This document shows, one piece after another, positions 11,901 to 24,115 of a DNA stretch of 64,000 nt (position 1 is the first letter of the stretch; each line of letters starts with the position of its first letter). Position numbers and translations under genes: made by a program. Where the stretch lies: positions 379 to 64,378 of the forward strand of contig JAUQWO010000020.1 of NCBI GenBank assembly GCA_030835135.1, read 5' to 3'. The notes beneath the pieces were generated by a model, which saw nothing but the letters and a program-made list of their open reading frames with translations, was not told the origin of the DNA and did not search any database. Source of the stretch: Bacteroidota bacterium. GTDB lineage: Bacteria > Bacteroidota > Ignavibacteria > UBA10030 > UBA6906.

Positions 11901-12094
11901 TTCTTATACGTGCGGTTGGAGGCCAGACCGAGCCCCTGCATGCCGAAGAGCACCCGGCGGTGTACGGGCTTGAGCCCGTCACGCACATCCGGCAACGCAC
12001 GCGCCACGATCACGGACATCGAATAGTCGATGTACGATCCGCGCATTTCCTCTTCGATGTCAACGGGGACGATCTTTTCGTTCAGTGTCGCCAT
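8996..12094 (-). CDS. gyrA: DNA gyrase subunit A with a ~200-aa lysine/alanine/proline-rich C-terminal tail
   Basis: The QRDR is [25 protein letters not shown]. Topoisomerase IV/gyrase A core motifs and beta-pinwheel repeats are present. The tail reads [28 protein letters not shown]. Confidence 0.95.
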   Translation of the reverse strand: MATLNEKIVPVDIEEEMRGSYIDYSMSVIVARALPDVRDGLKPVHRRVLFGMQGLGLASNRTYKKSARIVGEVLGKYHPHGDSAVYDTMVRMAQDFSMRYPLVDGQGNFGSVDGDSAAAMRYTEARMAKIAEEMLLDLEKNTVDFVPNFDDTLKEPSVLPAMVPNLLINGASGIAVGMATNIPPHNLSDTIDGCLAMIKDEGIDNEKLIKIVKAPDFPTGGIIYGYEGVKDAYMTGRGRIVVRARASIQTQKNDRQSIIITEIPYQVNKANLIEKIADMVSDKKLEDISDIRDESDRDGMRIVIELRRDANAEVILNNLYKHTQMQTTFGVILLALVDGRPKILTLREMMRLFIDHRIEVVVRRTKYELDEAEKRAHILEGYIIALDNIDAIIKLIKASRDVETAKVGLMKKFKLSEIQAKAILDMRLQRLTGLERKKIEDEYRETIKLIERLKAILASKALQLQIIREELLKMKEKYGDERRTEIVYKAEEFSIEDMIAEEQVVITISHNGYVKRFPVSGYRRQSRGGRGSSGATTKEDDFIEAMFIASTHEYILLFTDMGRCYWLKVFEIPEGGRATRGKSIANLVSKETGETIVSYVAVKAFDAPLNVLMVTEKGNIKKTVLGEFANPRKTGIAAIGLDKKDKLIDVHLTDGKQDVVIGTSEGMAVRFPETEVRTMGRAAGGVRAIRLNKNDVVVGAVVLRRSDTTILVATENGFGKRSDTEEYRISHRGGKGIFTMKTTDKTGKMVAIREVKEKDDVVIVSSRGVVIRQHASDIRVAGRNTQGVRLIKLDAGDAVSDVASVPADDDETITNGSNGKPEGGPENGDQTSLFDADEKKNLKKKAKGSKAGEEKGAPAGKGAPVKGGKTVGAPGSAPGSIVGAPAGATKAEKASAGKKGSLDSPAPAVEAPKASAGKRGSLDSPAPAVEASKASPGKGAPPKSAAKTESVKSAPVKNSEPAKKAAPPEKKQMPPARKVVAQARKTAGPAKKTTAPAKKAAAPAKKAAPTKKPAAAKKPATPAKKVKGKGKR
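9294..9420. repeat. In-frame 60-nt tandem duplication inside the gyrA tail (two copies plus a partial one)
   Basis: The DNA unit gctttcg(a/g)tgcttccactgc(a/t)ggagcaggagagtc(t/c)aaaga(a/g)ccc(c/t)tcttccc(a/g)gccgat is seen directly. It encodes KASAGK(K/R)[12 protein letters not shown](P/S) repeated twice. Confidence 0.8.
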
Positions 12095-12109
12095 GAGGCT
12101 GTCTCTCTG

Positions 12110-14570
<2,461 letters not shown>

Positions 14571-15714
14571 CCGTCGCCGTCAATATCGCCTGGCCGTTTT
14601 CCTCGAGCTGCCCCAGCACTCGCGCCGCACGCTCGCTGTCCAGCTCCGCGAACACATCGTCCAGCAGGAGCATCGGCGTCTCGTCGCGCACGGTACGCAC
14701 ATACAACACCTCCGCCCACTTCAGTGCGATGAGCAGCGTCTTGTGCTCGCCCTGCGACGCGAAGTCCTGTGCATTCATGCCGCGCAGCAGGAATTCGAGG
14801 TCGTCCCTGTGCGGACCCACCAGCGTGGTCCCGCGCCGCTGTTCATCGTGACGGTGCACATGGAGCCGCTCATGGTACAGCGCGCCAATTGCCTTCGCGT
14901 CCATGCCGGCGGCGAGGCCATGCAATCCCGCGTACACCAGGCCGACCGGCTCCGTGGTTCCTGCAAGGCGCGTGTACGCTGTCATGAACGGCTCCTGCAG
15001 GAACCCGGTGCACTCCATCCGCTTCTGGATGATGCGGCTGCCGTGATCCACGAGCGCTTCGGTCCATGGATCGAGTACGCCCGCGTCGACGCCGCCCTGA
15101 TGCCGTGCATCGAGCAGCACGCGGTTCCTCTGCCGGAGGATGCGGCGGTATTCCTGAAGGTCGTTCAGATACCGCGCACTCGTCTGACAGAGCATGATGT
15201 CCAGGAACTTCCTGCGCTCCGCCGGACCCGACGCAACGATGCCGCCGTGATCGGGCGACAACAACACCGCGGGAAATTCTCCGACGATCGCGGAGACCTT
15301 CTCGAGGGGCGACCCGTTGATGCGGACCGCCTTCTCCCCTTCCTGCACGGCAAAGGTGATGCTCGCCTCGATGGCTCTGCCGTTGTCGCTCACGAACGAC
15401 GCGTGCACATCGAAGAACGGTGCGTTGTGCTGCACCACCTGGGTATCGAGCGCGGCGAAGAAACTCTTACCGAGACTCAGATACGACACGGCCTCGAGGA
15501 TGTTCGTCTTCCCCTGCCCGTTCCTGCCGATGAGCGCGTTGATGCCGCCGCCGAACTCGATGCGTGTGTCGTCATGGTTCCGGAACGTGCGCAGCCGGAG
15601 GGACGTGATCCTCATGAAACGCTGCCCTTCATAGAATACGGCAGCCCCGCTTGTGACGGGGCTCCCGTAAACAGCAGACCTGTGATACCGGCTGCATTCC
15701 CTTCCGCAACCCCG

Positions 15715-16839
15715 TCAATGCTCGGGAACAGTGAGCCGCACGGGCATGATGAGCATCAGCGTGTCTTCGGTCTCCGGTGAATCCGCCGGCGACACGATGC
15801 CCGCACGCGTGGGTGCGCTGAACTTCATGATCACCTGTTCACCATCGATGTGTGACAGGATGTCCACGAGATACGTTGCGTTGAACCCGATCTCCATCGG
15901 CTCGGCATCGTACGCGCACGGCAACGCTTCGTGTGCTTCACCACCCGCATCCGTATCCTGTGCGCTGAGTTTGAGACTGTTCGGGGCGAGATCGAAGCGA
16001 ACCTGGTGATTGCTCGCGTTCGCGAACAACGAGACGCGGCGGATCGCATTGATGAGATCCTCGCGCTTGATCGTCAGAAAGCGGTTGTTCTCCTTCGGGA
16101 TCACCACCTCGTAGTTCGGATACGTCTCTTCGATCAGGCGCGACGTGAGCACGGTCTGATCGTAGGCGAACTTCACATGCGTGGTGCTGGTACTCACCGT
16201 GCACAGCCCCGTTTCGAGTCCCTTCACGAGAATGCCCAAGGCCTTGGCCGGCACGATCACATCCTTCGCGAGCTTCGCACCCTGCTCGGGCTTGTACAGG
16301 AAGCGGGAGAGACGGTGTCCATCGGTGGCAACCGCACGGATCTCGGTACCGTTCGCCTGGAGCAGAATACCCATCATCGATGGACGGAGTTCGTCGGTAC
16401 TCACCGCGAACGCCGTGCGGTGCACGATCTTCCTGAGAATGCTGCTGTCCAGCGTGGTCGTTGCCGTGGCCACGAATTCCGGAACCTCGGGATATTCCTT
16501 TGCCGCTTCACCGGACAGCGAATATTCGCCGGTGGGCGTGGAGATCTTGATCTTGTTCGCCACAACGTCGATGACGAACACCGCATCGGTCGCCGGGAGC
16601 GAACGGATCGTGTCCGTCAGCCGCTTCGCCGGGATGGCGATCTTGCCATCTTCATCGCCCCTGACCTCGAGCGTGATGGTGGACGCGATGATCTGATCGG
16701 TCGCCGTGATGCTCAGAACGTTGTTCACCAGTTCGAACAGGAACGTCTCGAGGATCGGCATCGGGGATTTGGAGGGAATAACGCCCCCCAGCTTGCCCAG
16801 AATGCGCTGAAGATCCGAGGTGCCGACCGTGAATTTCAT
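15715..16839 (-). CDS. dnaN: DNA polymerase III beta sliding clamp
   Basis: It is 374 aa with a beta-clamp family N-terminus (MKFTVGTSDLQRILGKLGGVIPSKSPMPILETFLFEL). Its position between dnaA and recF supports the call. Confidence 0.9.
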   Translation of the reverse strand: MKFTVGTSDLQRILGKLGGVIPSKSPMPILETFLFELVNNVLSITATDQIIASTITLEVRGDEDGKIAIPAKRLTDTIRSLPATDAVFVIDVVANKIKISTPTGEYSLSGEAAKEYPEVPEFVATATTTLDSSILRKIVHRTAFAVSTDELRPSMMGILLQANGTEIRAVATDGHRLSRFLYKPEQGAKLAKDVIVPAKALGILVKGLETGLCTVSTSTTHVKFAYDQTVLTSRLIEETYPNYEVVIPKENNRFLTIKREDLINAIRRVSLFANASNHQVRFDLAPNSLKLSAQDTDAGGEAHEALPCAYDAEPMEIGFNATYLVDILSHIDGEQVIMKFSAPTRAGIVSPADSPETEDTLMLIMPVRLTVPEH

Positions 16840-16879
16840 GGTGATCTCCTTCGGGCTGAAACGTGTGATGCGGAAATGA

Positions 16880-16970
16880 GAATATCCCCGTAAATGTACT
16901 GAAAAACCCTATAATAATCCAATATTTCTATATATGTATACAGATAAGATTACTAATATACGGTGTGGAT
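16880..16970. promoter_or_regulatory. AT-rich tract in the dnaA-dnaN intergenic region, a candidate DNA-unwinding element or secondary origin
   Basis: The sequence aaatgtactgaaaaaccctataataatccaatatttctatatatgtatacagataagattactaatatacggtgtggatat is far more AT-rich than the 62-66% GC background. It contains a one-mismatch DnaA box (tgtggatat). Confidence 0.4.
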
Positions 16971-17191
16971 ATGTTGACCGCGCCATCCACTGCTGCTCCA
17001 AGAGCTGAGAGTCGAACAACAGGACATCGTGACCTCAAGCGATGGATGAGGAAGCGGTCTGTGGAAAGATATCCACGTTGTGTACATGTGGGGCCGGGTT
17101 GTGGTGAAAGAGTGTCGCTGCTGATTCTTGTGCACTGGTATTCCACAGCTGTTCACATCATGCGGACAGTGTCGTGCACATGGAATTCACA

Positions 17192-18739
17192 TTATACGTG
17201 TCCGAGTAACTGCAATCTTCTTTTTATCTGCGTCACATGGGTCTGGTATTTCGAATCCACGCGCATCTGGTCTTCCACGGACTGATAGGCATGGATGACG
17301 GTGCTGTGATCGCGGCCGCCGAAATGCAGCCCGATCGTTTTCAGTGAGGCATTCGTCAGTTCTTTCGCCAGATACATCGCGATCTGCCGGGCATTCACGA
17401 TCTCCTGCTTGCGCGTTTTTGCGCGGAGCATGTCCTCCGGAACGCTGAAGTACTCGCACACGGTGCGCTGAATGCTCTCGATCGTGATCGGCGTGCGGAC
17501 ATCGCCGACGACCACCTTGAGGACGTCGCGGGCGAGGTCCAGGTTGATCTCGCGGCCTTCCAGCGATGCACGCGCCAGAACGCTGATGAGGCAGCCTTCG
17601 AGCTCACGGATGTTACTGGTGACGTTTGCGGCAATGAATTCAACCACATCCTGGGGGAGCTCGATGTGGTCGTCCTCGCTTTTCTTGCGCAAAATGGCGA
17701 TGCGCGTCTCGAGGTCCGGTGCCTGAATATCCGACGTCAGGCCCCATTGGAATCGCGAAAGGAGCCGGTCGTCCAGTCCCTTCAATTCCTTCGGCGGACG
17801 GTCGGAGGAGAGCACGAGCTGTTTGCCGAGCTGATGCAGTTCGTTGAACGTGTGAAAAAAGTTATCCTGGGTCTTTTCCTTGCCGGAGAAGAACTGGATG
17901 TCGTCCACGATCAGGATGTCCATGCTCCGGTAGAAACTGGAGAAGTCGGAGATGCGGTCTGTCTGGATCGCGTCCACGAACTCCACGGTGAACTTTTCGC
18001 TGGACACATACATCACGCGACGGGCTTTGCCGGTGCTGAGGGCATGGTTGCCGATGGCCTGGATCAAGTGCGTCTTGCCGAGTCCGGTGCCGCCATAGAT
18101 GACCAGAGGGTTGAACGATGTGCCGCCGGGGTTGTTGGATACGGCCGACGCCGCGGCGCGGGCGAGCTGGTTGCTATCGCCCTTGATGAAATTGTCGAAG
18201 GTGTACCGGGGGTTCAGATACGTCTGGAAGTCCATATCCCGGGACGTGACGTTCGACGAACTCCGCGGGGCAGGGGGGAGCGGCTGCACCGGGGGAACGG
18301 GCTGGGACGGACGGATCGGGGAGGCGATCACGGGGGAGTAGTCCACGTCCACCGGCGACTCTTCGGTGCGGACCGAGTATTCGAGGGCGGCATCGGGGCC
18401 GAGGACCCGGGTGATGGTCGTGTTGATGATGGTATAATAGTGCTCCTCGAGCCAGTCGTAGAAGAACTGGCTGGGGACCTGGACGATGAGGGTGCCGCCC
18501 TGGAGGTTCTGAGGAACGACCGGTTCGAACCAGGTCTTGAAGCTCTGGGAATTCACCCGCTCTTTGATGAGGTCGAGGCAGGCAGCCCAGACGCGTTGTG
18601 CCTGTTCGAGCTCGGAGGGGTGTTGGCCGCCTATTGGGCCGTTACCCTCTGGTGCAGAAGAAGATGCGAGGTTGTTCATCAGATCCGCCCGGTTATCCAC
18701 AATGTTGTTCACAGATGTGGAATGGTCAATAGTAAGCAT
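17192..18739 (-). CDS. dnaA: Chromosomal replication initiator DnaA
   Basis: The AAA+ Walker A motif is GGTGLGKTHLIQAIGN. Domain IV, the DNA-binding HTH, contains IAMYLAKELTNASLKTIGLHFGGRDHSTVIHA. Confidence 0.95.
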   Translation of the reverse strand: MLTIDHSTSVNNIVDNRADLMNNLASSSAPEGNGPIGGQHPSELEQAQRVWAACLDLIKERVNSQSFKTWFEPVVPQNLQGGTLIVQVPSQFFYDWLEEHYYTIINTTITRVLGPDAALEYSVRTEESPVDVDYSPVIASPIRPSQPVPPVQPLPPAPRSSSNVTSRDMDFQTYLNPRYTFDNFIKGDSNQLARAAASAVSNNPGGTSFNPLVIYGGTGLGKTHLIQAIGNHALSTGKARRVMYVSSEKFTVEFVDAIQTDRISDFSSFYRSMDILIVDDIQFFSGKEKTQDNFFHTFNELHQLGKQLVLSSDRPPKELKGLDDRLLSRFQWGLTSDIQAPDLETRIAILRKKSEDDHIELPQDVVEFIAANVTSNIRELEGCLISVLARASLEGREINLDLARDVLKVVVGDVRTPITIESIQRTVCEYFSVPEDMLRAKTRKQEIVNARQIAMYLAKELTNASLKTIGLHFGGRDHSTVIHAYQSVEDQMRVDSKYQTHVTQIKRRLQLLGHV

Positions 18740-18910
18740 TCGTTTTCACAATTTATCCACATATGCACACGGCAGAATAATGCTGTAAGTCGTTGTAGGA
18801 CTGCCGTTTATGGAAATTTTCTTGATTAGAGGGTTATGAGTGTGCGAATCGCGGAAGCAGGTTCTGTCGGAAATTGGGGGGATACTCCGAAGCGCACAAG
18901 TTATCCACAT
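18690..18910. promoter_or_regulatory. DnaA-box cluster in the oriC and dnaA-promoter region
   Basis: Three perfect TTATCCACA boxes lie at 18693, 18752 and 18901. Degenerate boxes (tgtggaatg, ttttcacaa) lie between them. The cluster sits at the divergent dnaA / rpmH junction. Confidence 0.65.
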
Positions 18911-19080
18911 CATTCACAAGACCTGTCTTCTCCCGATGATACAATATCTGGTGGGGGATGCGCAAGAGAATTCTTTGCCATTTTGCGTTCTTCGGGGTTG
19001 AAATTAGGATCGCTTTTCATTATGTTGTGTTGCTTAGTCCATTTTTGTCTGGGTATACACGCACGTCGGGACGGTGTCCA

Positions 19081-19230
19081 ATGAAGCGCACATTTCAGCC
19101 GCACAAGAGAAAGCGTCGCAACACCCACGGGTTTCGTGAGCGTATGGCGACCAAGAACGGCCGCAAGGTTCTTTCCCGTCGCCGTGCGCGCGGGCGGAAG
19201 AAGCTCACGATCAGTGACGAACGCCGGTAG
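19081..19230 (+). CDS. rpmH: 50S ribosomal protein L34
   Basis: The product is [43 protein letters not shown]. The longer ORF in the track, starting at 18958, is an upstream extension and is not used. Confidence 0.9.
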   Translation: MKRTFQPHKRKRRNTHGFRERMATKNGRKVLSRRRARGRKKLTISDERR

Positions 19231-19623
19231 GTGAAACGCGAAGGCACGCTCCGCGGCCATGAGAGTTTCGACCGTGTTTTCACCCGGGGATACCGGACGG
19301 GCGGGACTCTCCTTCAGTGCATGTACCTGCTGGATGTTTCGGAGCTGCCGGTCCTTCGTGCCGGGTATGCGGTTTCCCACAAGCGGTACCATGCCGTTCG
19401 CCGCAACAGATTCCGGCGGTTGATGCGTGAGGCCTTCCGGCTTGAAAGCGAGCCTCTGCGGGCCGCTGTGGAGCACCACCGGGTTTCTGCTGACCTCGTC
19501 TTCGTGTTTCGACCCAAGAGTGACGCGCATGTCGAACGGCTCACCCTCCAACCCGTCCGTACCGAGATCGCCGGATTCTGCCGGCGGGTCCGGGAACGGA
19601 TCGAACAGTACGATCGCGCGTAA
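19231..19623 (+). CDS. rnpA: Ribonuclease P protein component
   Basis: The GTG start follows directly after the rpmH stop. It is a basic protein of about 130 aa in the canonical rpmH-rnpA arrangement. Confidence 0.8.
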   Translation: MKREGTLRGHESFDRVFTRGYRTGGTLLQCMYLLDVSELPVLRAGYAVSHKRYHAVRRNRFRRLMREAFRLESEPLRAAVEHHRVSADLVFVFRPKSDAHVERLTLQPVRTEIAGFCRRVRERIEQYDRA

Positions 19624-19825
19624 ACTCGTCGTCGGGCTCGTCCGGCTGTACCAGATCCTCATCTCGCCGTTCCTCCCGCCCAATACGTGCCGTTTTACGC
19701 CGACCTGCTCACAATATGCCATTGACGCCGTATACAAATATGGCGTCCTCAGCGGTTCCTGGCGCGCACTCAAACGCATCGGCCGCTGTCATCCTTTTCA
19801 TCCGGGCGGCTACGACCCCGCCTGA
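19611..19825 (+). CDS. yidD: Membrane protein insertion efficiency factor YidD
   Basis: The YidD signature is LYQILISPFLPPNTCRFTPTCSQYAIDAVYKYG...RIGRCHPFHPGGYDP. No canonical start codon was found and the 5' end is approximate. The conserved region begins near 19620. Confidence 0.65.
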
Positions 19826-19851
19826 TCACATGATTCTCTACGAGGGTATGT

Positions 19852-21636
19852 ATGGATAGGTCATCAACGCTGGGCTTTGTGCTGATAGGTGTCATCCTCA
19901 TTGCGTGGATGTGGTGGCAGTCGCCCACGCCGCAGCAACCGGTGCGCGGAGCCGACAGTACGCATTCCGTCACCCAGAAGCCCGTCGCGCCCGAACCCGC
20001 GCCTGTGGCAGCGCCGGCAAAGACCGAGACGATGCCGGACAAGCTGGGTGCGTATTTCGGAGGCCGCGACAAGGGTGACGAGAAGGTCGTGATCATCAGG
20101 ACCGACCTGTACACGGCGGAGCTGACGACGAAGGGCGGGCTTCTGCGGAAGTGGGAGTTGCACGGATACAAGACCTGGGACGGCAAGCCGGTGCAGCTGG
20201 TGGACTTCGACAAAGGGGGCGACCTGAGTCTGCTCTTCACGTCGAACGACGGCAAGCTGATCGACACGAAGAACCTGGTGTTCGATGTCGAGGGTCCGCG
20301 GTGGAAGACCATCACGCTGACCGGCACGGATTCCGTGAAGGTGGCAATGGTGTTGCCGGTTTCGAATGGCGGGCGGCTGGTGAAGAGCTTCACGTTCAGG
20401 AACGGCTCGTATGTGTTCGGTGCGGACGTGCAGTTCGAGAACATGGATTCCGTGGTGGCGTACGAGTATCAGATCGTGTGGGAACACGGTCTGAAGTATG
20501 CCGAGCAGAACAGCGTGGACGAGTCCAGTTTTGCGATGGGGTACGTGCATGCCGGCGGAGAGCTGACCGAGGTGGATGCGACCACGGCGGGAGAGGCCGT
20601 GCAAAAGGACATCTCCGGGGCTACGGACTGGATCGCCACGCGGAACAAGTACTTTTTGATGACGATGTTGCCCGGTGTGCCGAAGAGCGAGGGGGCATTT
20701 GTCGAGGGGACGCACAAGGCCGCGGCGGACCATGGGGCGATCGAGAGCTATACGCTGGCATTGAAGATGCCGTTCCGGGGAGGGGTGAAGGAGCGGGCGA
20801 CCATGGATGTGTATCTGGGCCCGCTGGAGTACGACACGGTGAAGGCGTTGGGGCGCGGGGTGGAAGGGACGATGAACCTGGGTGCGGCATGGATCATCCG
20901 GCCGATCTCCGAGTACGTCATGATCCCGTTGCTCCAGTTCCTGCGGATGTTCATTCCGAATTACGGCCTGGTGATCATCGTCTTCTCGATCATCATCAAA
21001 TTCGCGCTGCACCCGCTCACGAAGTCGAGTATGAAGGGCATGCGCCGGATGCAGGCGTTGACCCCGATGATGAATGAGGTGCGGGAGAAGTACAAGGATG
21101 ATCCGCAGAAGATGAACACGGCGGTGATGCAGCTGTACAAAGAGTACGGGGTGAACCCGGCGGCCGGGTGTCTGCCGTTATTGCTGCAGATGCCGATCCT
21201 GTTCGCGTTGTATTCCGTGTTCCGGTCGTCGATCGAATTGCGTCAGGCGTCGTTCGTGGGATGGATCACGGACCTGTCGATCCCTGACGTGATCGCCACC
21301 ATGCCGTTCCGGGTGCCGTTGATCGGGATGGACACGTTGAGCGGGTTGGCGTTGATCATGGGCATCACGATGTTCGTGCAGCAGAAGCAGACGGTGACGG
21401 ATCCGCGTCAGAAGGCCATGGTGTGGATGATGCCGATCATGATGACGCTGTTGTTCAGCAGTCTGCCGTCCGGTTTGAATTTGTATTATCTCGTGTTCAA
21501 CGTGTTGAGCATCGGGCAGCAGTACTGGTTCAACATGCAGCACAAGGATGAGCCGTTGCGGAAGGTGGAGCCGAAGAAGGGTGGCGGCGGGTGGATGGCG
21601 AAGATCTCGAAGGATCTGCCGAAGCTCAAGAAGTAG
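19852..21636 (+). CDS. yidC: Membrane protein insertase YidC
   Basis: An N-terminal transmembrane segment and periplasmic domain are present. The conserved C-terminal 60-kDa insertase core is GCLPLLLQMPILFALYSVF...NLYYLVFNVLSIGQQYW. Confidence 0.9.
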   Translation: MDRSSTLGFVLIGVILIAWMWWQSPTPQQPVRGADSTHSVTQKPVAPEPAPVAAPAKTETMPDKLGAYFGGRDKGDEKVVIIRTDLYTAELTTKGGLLRKWELHGYKTWDGKPVQLVDFDKGGDLSLLFTSNDGKLIDTKNLVFDVEGPRWKTITLTGTDSVKVAMVLPVSNGGRLVKSFTFRNGSYVFGADVQFENMDSVVAYEYQIVWEHGLKYAEQNSVDESSFAMGYVHAGGELTEVDATTAGEAVQKDISGATDWIATRNKYFLMTMLPGVPKSEGAFVEGTHKAAADHGAIESYTLALKMPFRGGVKERATMDVYLGPLEYDTVKALGRGVEGTMNLGAAWIIRPISEYVMIPLLQFLRMFIPNYGLVIIVFSIIIKFALHPLTKSSMKGMRRMQALTPMMNEVREKYKDDPQKMNTAVMQLYKEYGVNPAAGCLPLLLQMPILFALYSVFRSSIELRQASFVGWITDLSIPDVIATMPFRVPLIGMDTLSGLALIMGITMFVQQKQTVTDPRQKAMVWMMPIMMTLLFSSLPSGLNLYYLVFNVLSIGQQYWFNMQHKDEPLRKVEPKKGGGGWMAKISKDLPKLKK

Positions 21637-21814
21637 CTGGCGCCGCATAGGTGCACGATGTCTCTGGGGCCCGCCTGTCAGGTGGGCCCTTTCTATTGCG
21701 GGCGGGCGGGTGACGGGCGTGGTCCTGGCTGCGTTGCGCCTGTACGTGGAAATCCGTAGAATAGTGAACTTTGTTCGGAGAACGCGAAGTCTCGCTCGCG
21801 TGGCATCGGAGGGC

Positions 21815-21930
21815 ACCCGCCGGGGGCTCCCGACTCGGTTTCTCCAAATTCTTCGATCGGCGGAATGGGGAACGAGACCCCTGCGGTGTCCACGGAGTGG
21901 AGAAACCTCGCTGGGAGCCCCCGTCGGGTG
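21815..21930 (-). repeat. MITE-like ~111-bp inverted-repeat element, copy D (reverse orientation)
   Basis: This is the reverse complement of the ccggggagatgccccagcgaggtttctccactccgtggacgcc...gatcgaagaatttggagaaaccgagtcggggcactccccggg element. Confidence 0.75.
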
Positions 21931-22145
21931 CTGTCACCGTGTCCGGCTCACTCGAAAGGAAGCACGGCAGTGGGCCGGTATGCTGTCAGCGTGCCCGGCT
22001 CACTCGAAAGGAAGCACGGCAGTGGGCCGGTATGCTGTCAGCGTGCCCGGCTCACTCGAAAGGAAGCACGGCAGTGGGCCGGTATGCTGTCAGCGTGCCT
22101 GGCTCACTCGAAAGGAAGCACGGCAGTGGGCCGGTATGCTGCTGC
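21925..22145. repeat. 52-nt tandem repeat, four copies
   Basis: The unit is ccggctcactcgaaaggaagcacggcagtgggccggtatgctgtcagcgtgc, with period-52 starts at 21943, 21995, 22047 and 22099. Confidence 0.85.
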
Positions 22146-22155
22146 CGGATAGCCG

Positions 22156-23685
22156 TTGAACAATGACGGATCGACGCGGTCCATGGCTGATCAAGTGCAT
22201 GATTCTATAGCCGCTATTGCGACGCCTCCTGGCGCGGGTGCCCTGGCGATCATACGCGTGAGCGGACCGGATGCCGTGGCGATAGGGGACCGTGTGTTTC
22301 GAGGCTCCGCCCTGCTCGGTTCGGCTGGTGGCTATACGGTGCATCATGGCAGCATCGTCGGGCCCGGCGGCGAGCAGTTCGATGAAGTGCTTGTCACCCT
22401 CTTCCGCGGTCCGAAGTCGTACACCGGCGAGGACATGATCGAGATCTCGTGTCATGGCGGCGGGTTTGTGACGCGTGAGGTGTTGCGGATCGTGCTGGCT
22501 GCGGGTGCGCGGCCTGCGCAGCCGGGAGAGTACACGCGGCGGGCGTTCCTGAACGGCCGCATCGATCTGTCGCAGGCCGAGGCGGTCGCGGACGTGATCG
22601 CCGCACGCAGCCGGCGCGGGCACCGGGTCTCGCTCGAGCAGCTGGCCGGCCGCCTGGGCGACGCCGTGCGCGAGTTGCGCACGGAGATGATGGACTTATG
22701 TGCGTTATTGGAACTAGAGCTCGATTTCAGTGAGGAAGGTCTGGACGTGATCACCGCGCAGGACGTCGACCGGCGGATCGCCGCCGTGCGTGTGCGCATC
22801 GGTGCGCTCCTCGCCTCCTATACGCACGGACGCATCTACCGCGACGGCGTGCGGGTCGTCCTTGCCGGTGAACCGAACGCCGGCAAGTCCAGCGTGTTCA
22901 ATGCACTCCTCCGCCAGGACCGCGCTATCGTTACTCCTGTACCCGGCACAACGCGCGACGCGCTCGAGGAAAGCATCGTCATCGATGGCATCCTCTTTCT
23001 GCTTATCGACACCGCCGGACTCCGCGAAACCGCCGACCAGGTCGAGCGGATCGGCGTACAGCGGTCGCGCAGTGCCGCGAGCGGCGCGGATATCCTTGTG
23101 CACGTCATGGATGCATCCGTCTCGTCCGACGTCGACGAACATCTGATGCGCATGTCCGTCCACACCGACGAGCAGCACTTCATCCCTGTGCTGAACAAGT
23201 GCGACCTGCTGCCTTCATGGCCGGGCGTAATGTTGCGCGCGTCATCCGTCGTCACTGCACACGCGACATCACCATCAGGCGTAAGTAACGACTCTGCCGG
23301 ATACAAGACATCGGCATCAGACTCAAGCAACGACTCTGCCGCACACATGACATCGGCGTCTGGATCAGTCAATGTCGTGGCGGTCTCAGCGCGCACCGGT
23401 CAGGGACTCGACCTCTTGCGGTCGAGGCTCGCGGAAGTTGCGGCAGGGGACACCTCGCTCGGGGACGAAGAAGTATGCATCACCAGCGAGCGGCATCGCG
23501 ATGCTCTCGAGAAGGCACAGGCATCGCTTGCCCGTGCATCGGCCGGATCGTCCGCGCGTTCGTCCGAAGAGTACCTTGCCTTCGACATTCGTGAAGCCGC
23601 CGCGGCTCTCGCCGAGATCACTGGCGAGGTAACGACCGAAGAAGTGCTCAACCACATCTTCGACCGGTTCTGTATCGGAAAGTAG
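22156..23685 (+). CDS. mnmE: tRNA modification GTPase MnmE (TrmE)
   Basis: The N-terminal THF-binding region is IAAIATPPGAGALAIIRVSGPDA and the G1 motif is GEPNAGKSSVFNALL. The C-terminus ends in CIGK. An alternative start lies at 22183 (MADQVHDSIAAIATPPG). A serine-rich insertion of about 45 aa sits in the G-domain. Confidence 0.9.
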   Translation: MNNDGSTRSMADQVHDSIAAIATPPGAGALAIIRVSGPDAVAIGDRVFRGSALLGSAGGYTVHHGSIVGPGGEQFDEVLVTLFRGPKSYTGEDMIEISCHGGGFVTREVLRIVLAAGARPAQPGEYTRRAFLNGRIDLSQAEAVADVIAARSRRGHRVSLEQLAGRLGDAVRELRTEMMDLCALLELELDFSEEGLDVITAQDVDRRIAAVRVRIGALLASYTHGRIYRDGVRVVLAGEPNAGKSSVFNALLRQDRAIVTPVPGTTRDALEESIVIDGILFLLIDTAGLRETADQVERIGVQRSRSAASGADILVHVMDASVSSDVDEHLMRMSVHTDEQHFIPVLNKCDLLPSWPGVMLRASSVVTAHATSPSGVSNDSAGYKTSASDSSNDSAAHMTSASGSVNVVAVSARTGQGLDLLRSRLAEVAAGDTSLGDEEVCITSERHRDALEKAQASLARASAGSSARSSEEYLAFDIREAAAALAEITGEVTTEEVLNHIFDRFCIGK

Positions 23686-23739
23686 CATGGGTCCAGCGCG
23701 TCTTGTCTTGTCCCGAACGTAGTGGTTCAGTGGTGGCGA

Positions 23740-23850
23740 CCGGGGAGATGCCCCAGCGAGGTTTCTCCACTCCGTGGACGCCTGATCGAAATCGTTGTGT
23801 ATGCTGTGGATCGAAGAATTTGGAGAAACCGAGTCGGGGCACTCCCCGGG
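23740..23850 (+). repeat. MITE-like inverted-repeat element, copy A
   Basis: The terminal inverted repeats are ccggggagatgcccc and ggggcactccccgg. The internal inverted repeat pairs cgaggtttctcca with tggagaaaccgag. Confidence 0.75.
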
Positions 23851-24075
23851 CGCTACTCCGTAACCATCGGGGTTGCGGCGCATTCCGGGCGCTACTCCGC
23901 AGCCCTCGGGATGCGGTGCCTTTCGGGCGCTACTTCGTAGCCCTCGGTGTAGCGGTGCTTTCCGGGCGCTACTCCGTAACCCTCGGGGTTACGGCGCATT
24001 CCGGGCGCTACTCTGTAGCCGTCGGGATGCGGTGCCTTTCGGGCGCAACTCCGGCGCATCAGGTGGTTGCAGTGA
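23848..24075. repeat. ~39-nt degenerate tandem repeat, about 5.5 copies
   Basis: The units run cgggcgctactccgta followed by a 23-nt variable part (accatcggggttgcggcgcattc, gccctcgggatgcggtgcctttc, and so on). Each unit contains a short hairpin such as ccgtaacc..ggttacgg. Confidence 0.8.
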
Positions 24076-24097
24076 CGATGAATAGCAAAGGCGGTCA

Positions 24098-24115
24098 ATG
24101 TTCCACGTGAAACAT
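24098..24115 (+). promoter_or_regulatory. Near-perfect 18-nt palindrome atgttccacgtgaaacat containing the mnmG start codon
   Basis: Seen directly. It has one mismatch from a perfect palindrome and contains CACGTG. Confidence 0.5.

Noticed and set aside
23648-23842. Small ORFs encoding the conserved peptide PRLGFSKFFD..RL..GVHGVEKPRWGISPVA (also 31290-31646 and 32658-32846 on minus, and 21865-22152 on plus)
   Set aside because: Their conservation is fully explained by DNA identity of the MITE-like element. Start and stop positions differ between copies, and there is no RBS or consistent frame outside the repeat.
23848-24075. Possible CRISPR array; the same question applies to 21925-22145 and 32849-32975
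   Set aside because: The units are contiguous tandem repeats with no unique spacers between them. The variable parts are a few recurring variants, not spacer-like. No cas genes are nearby.
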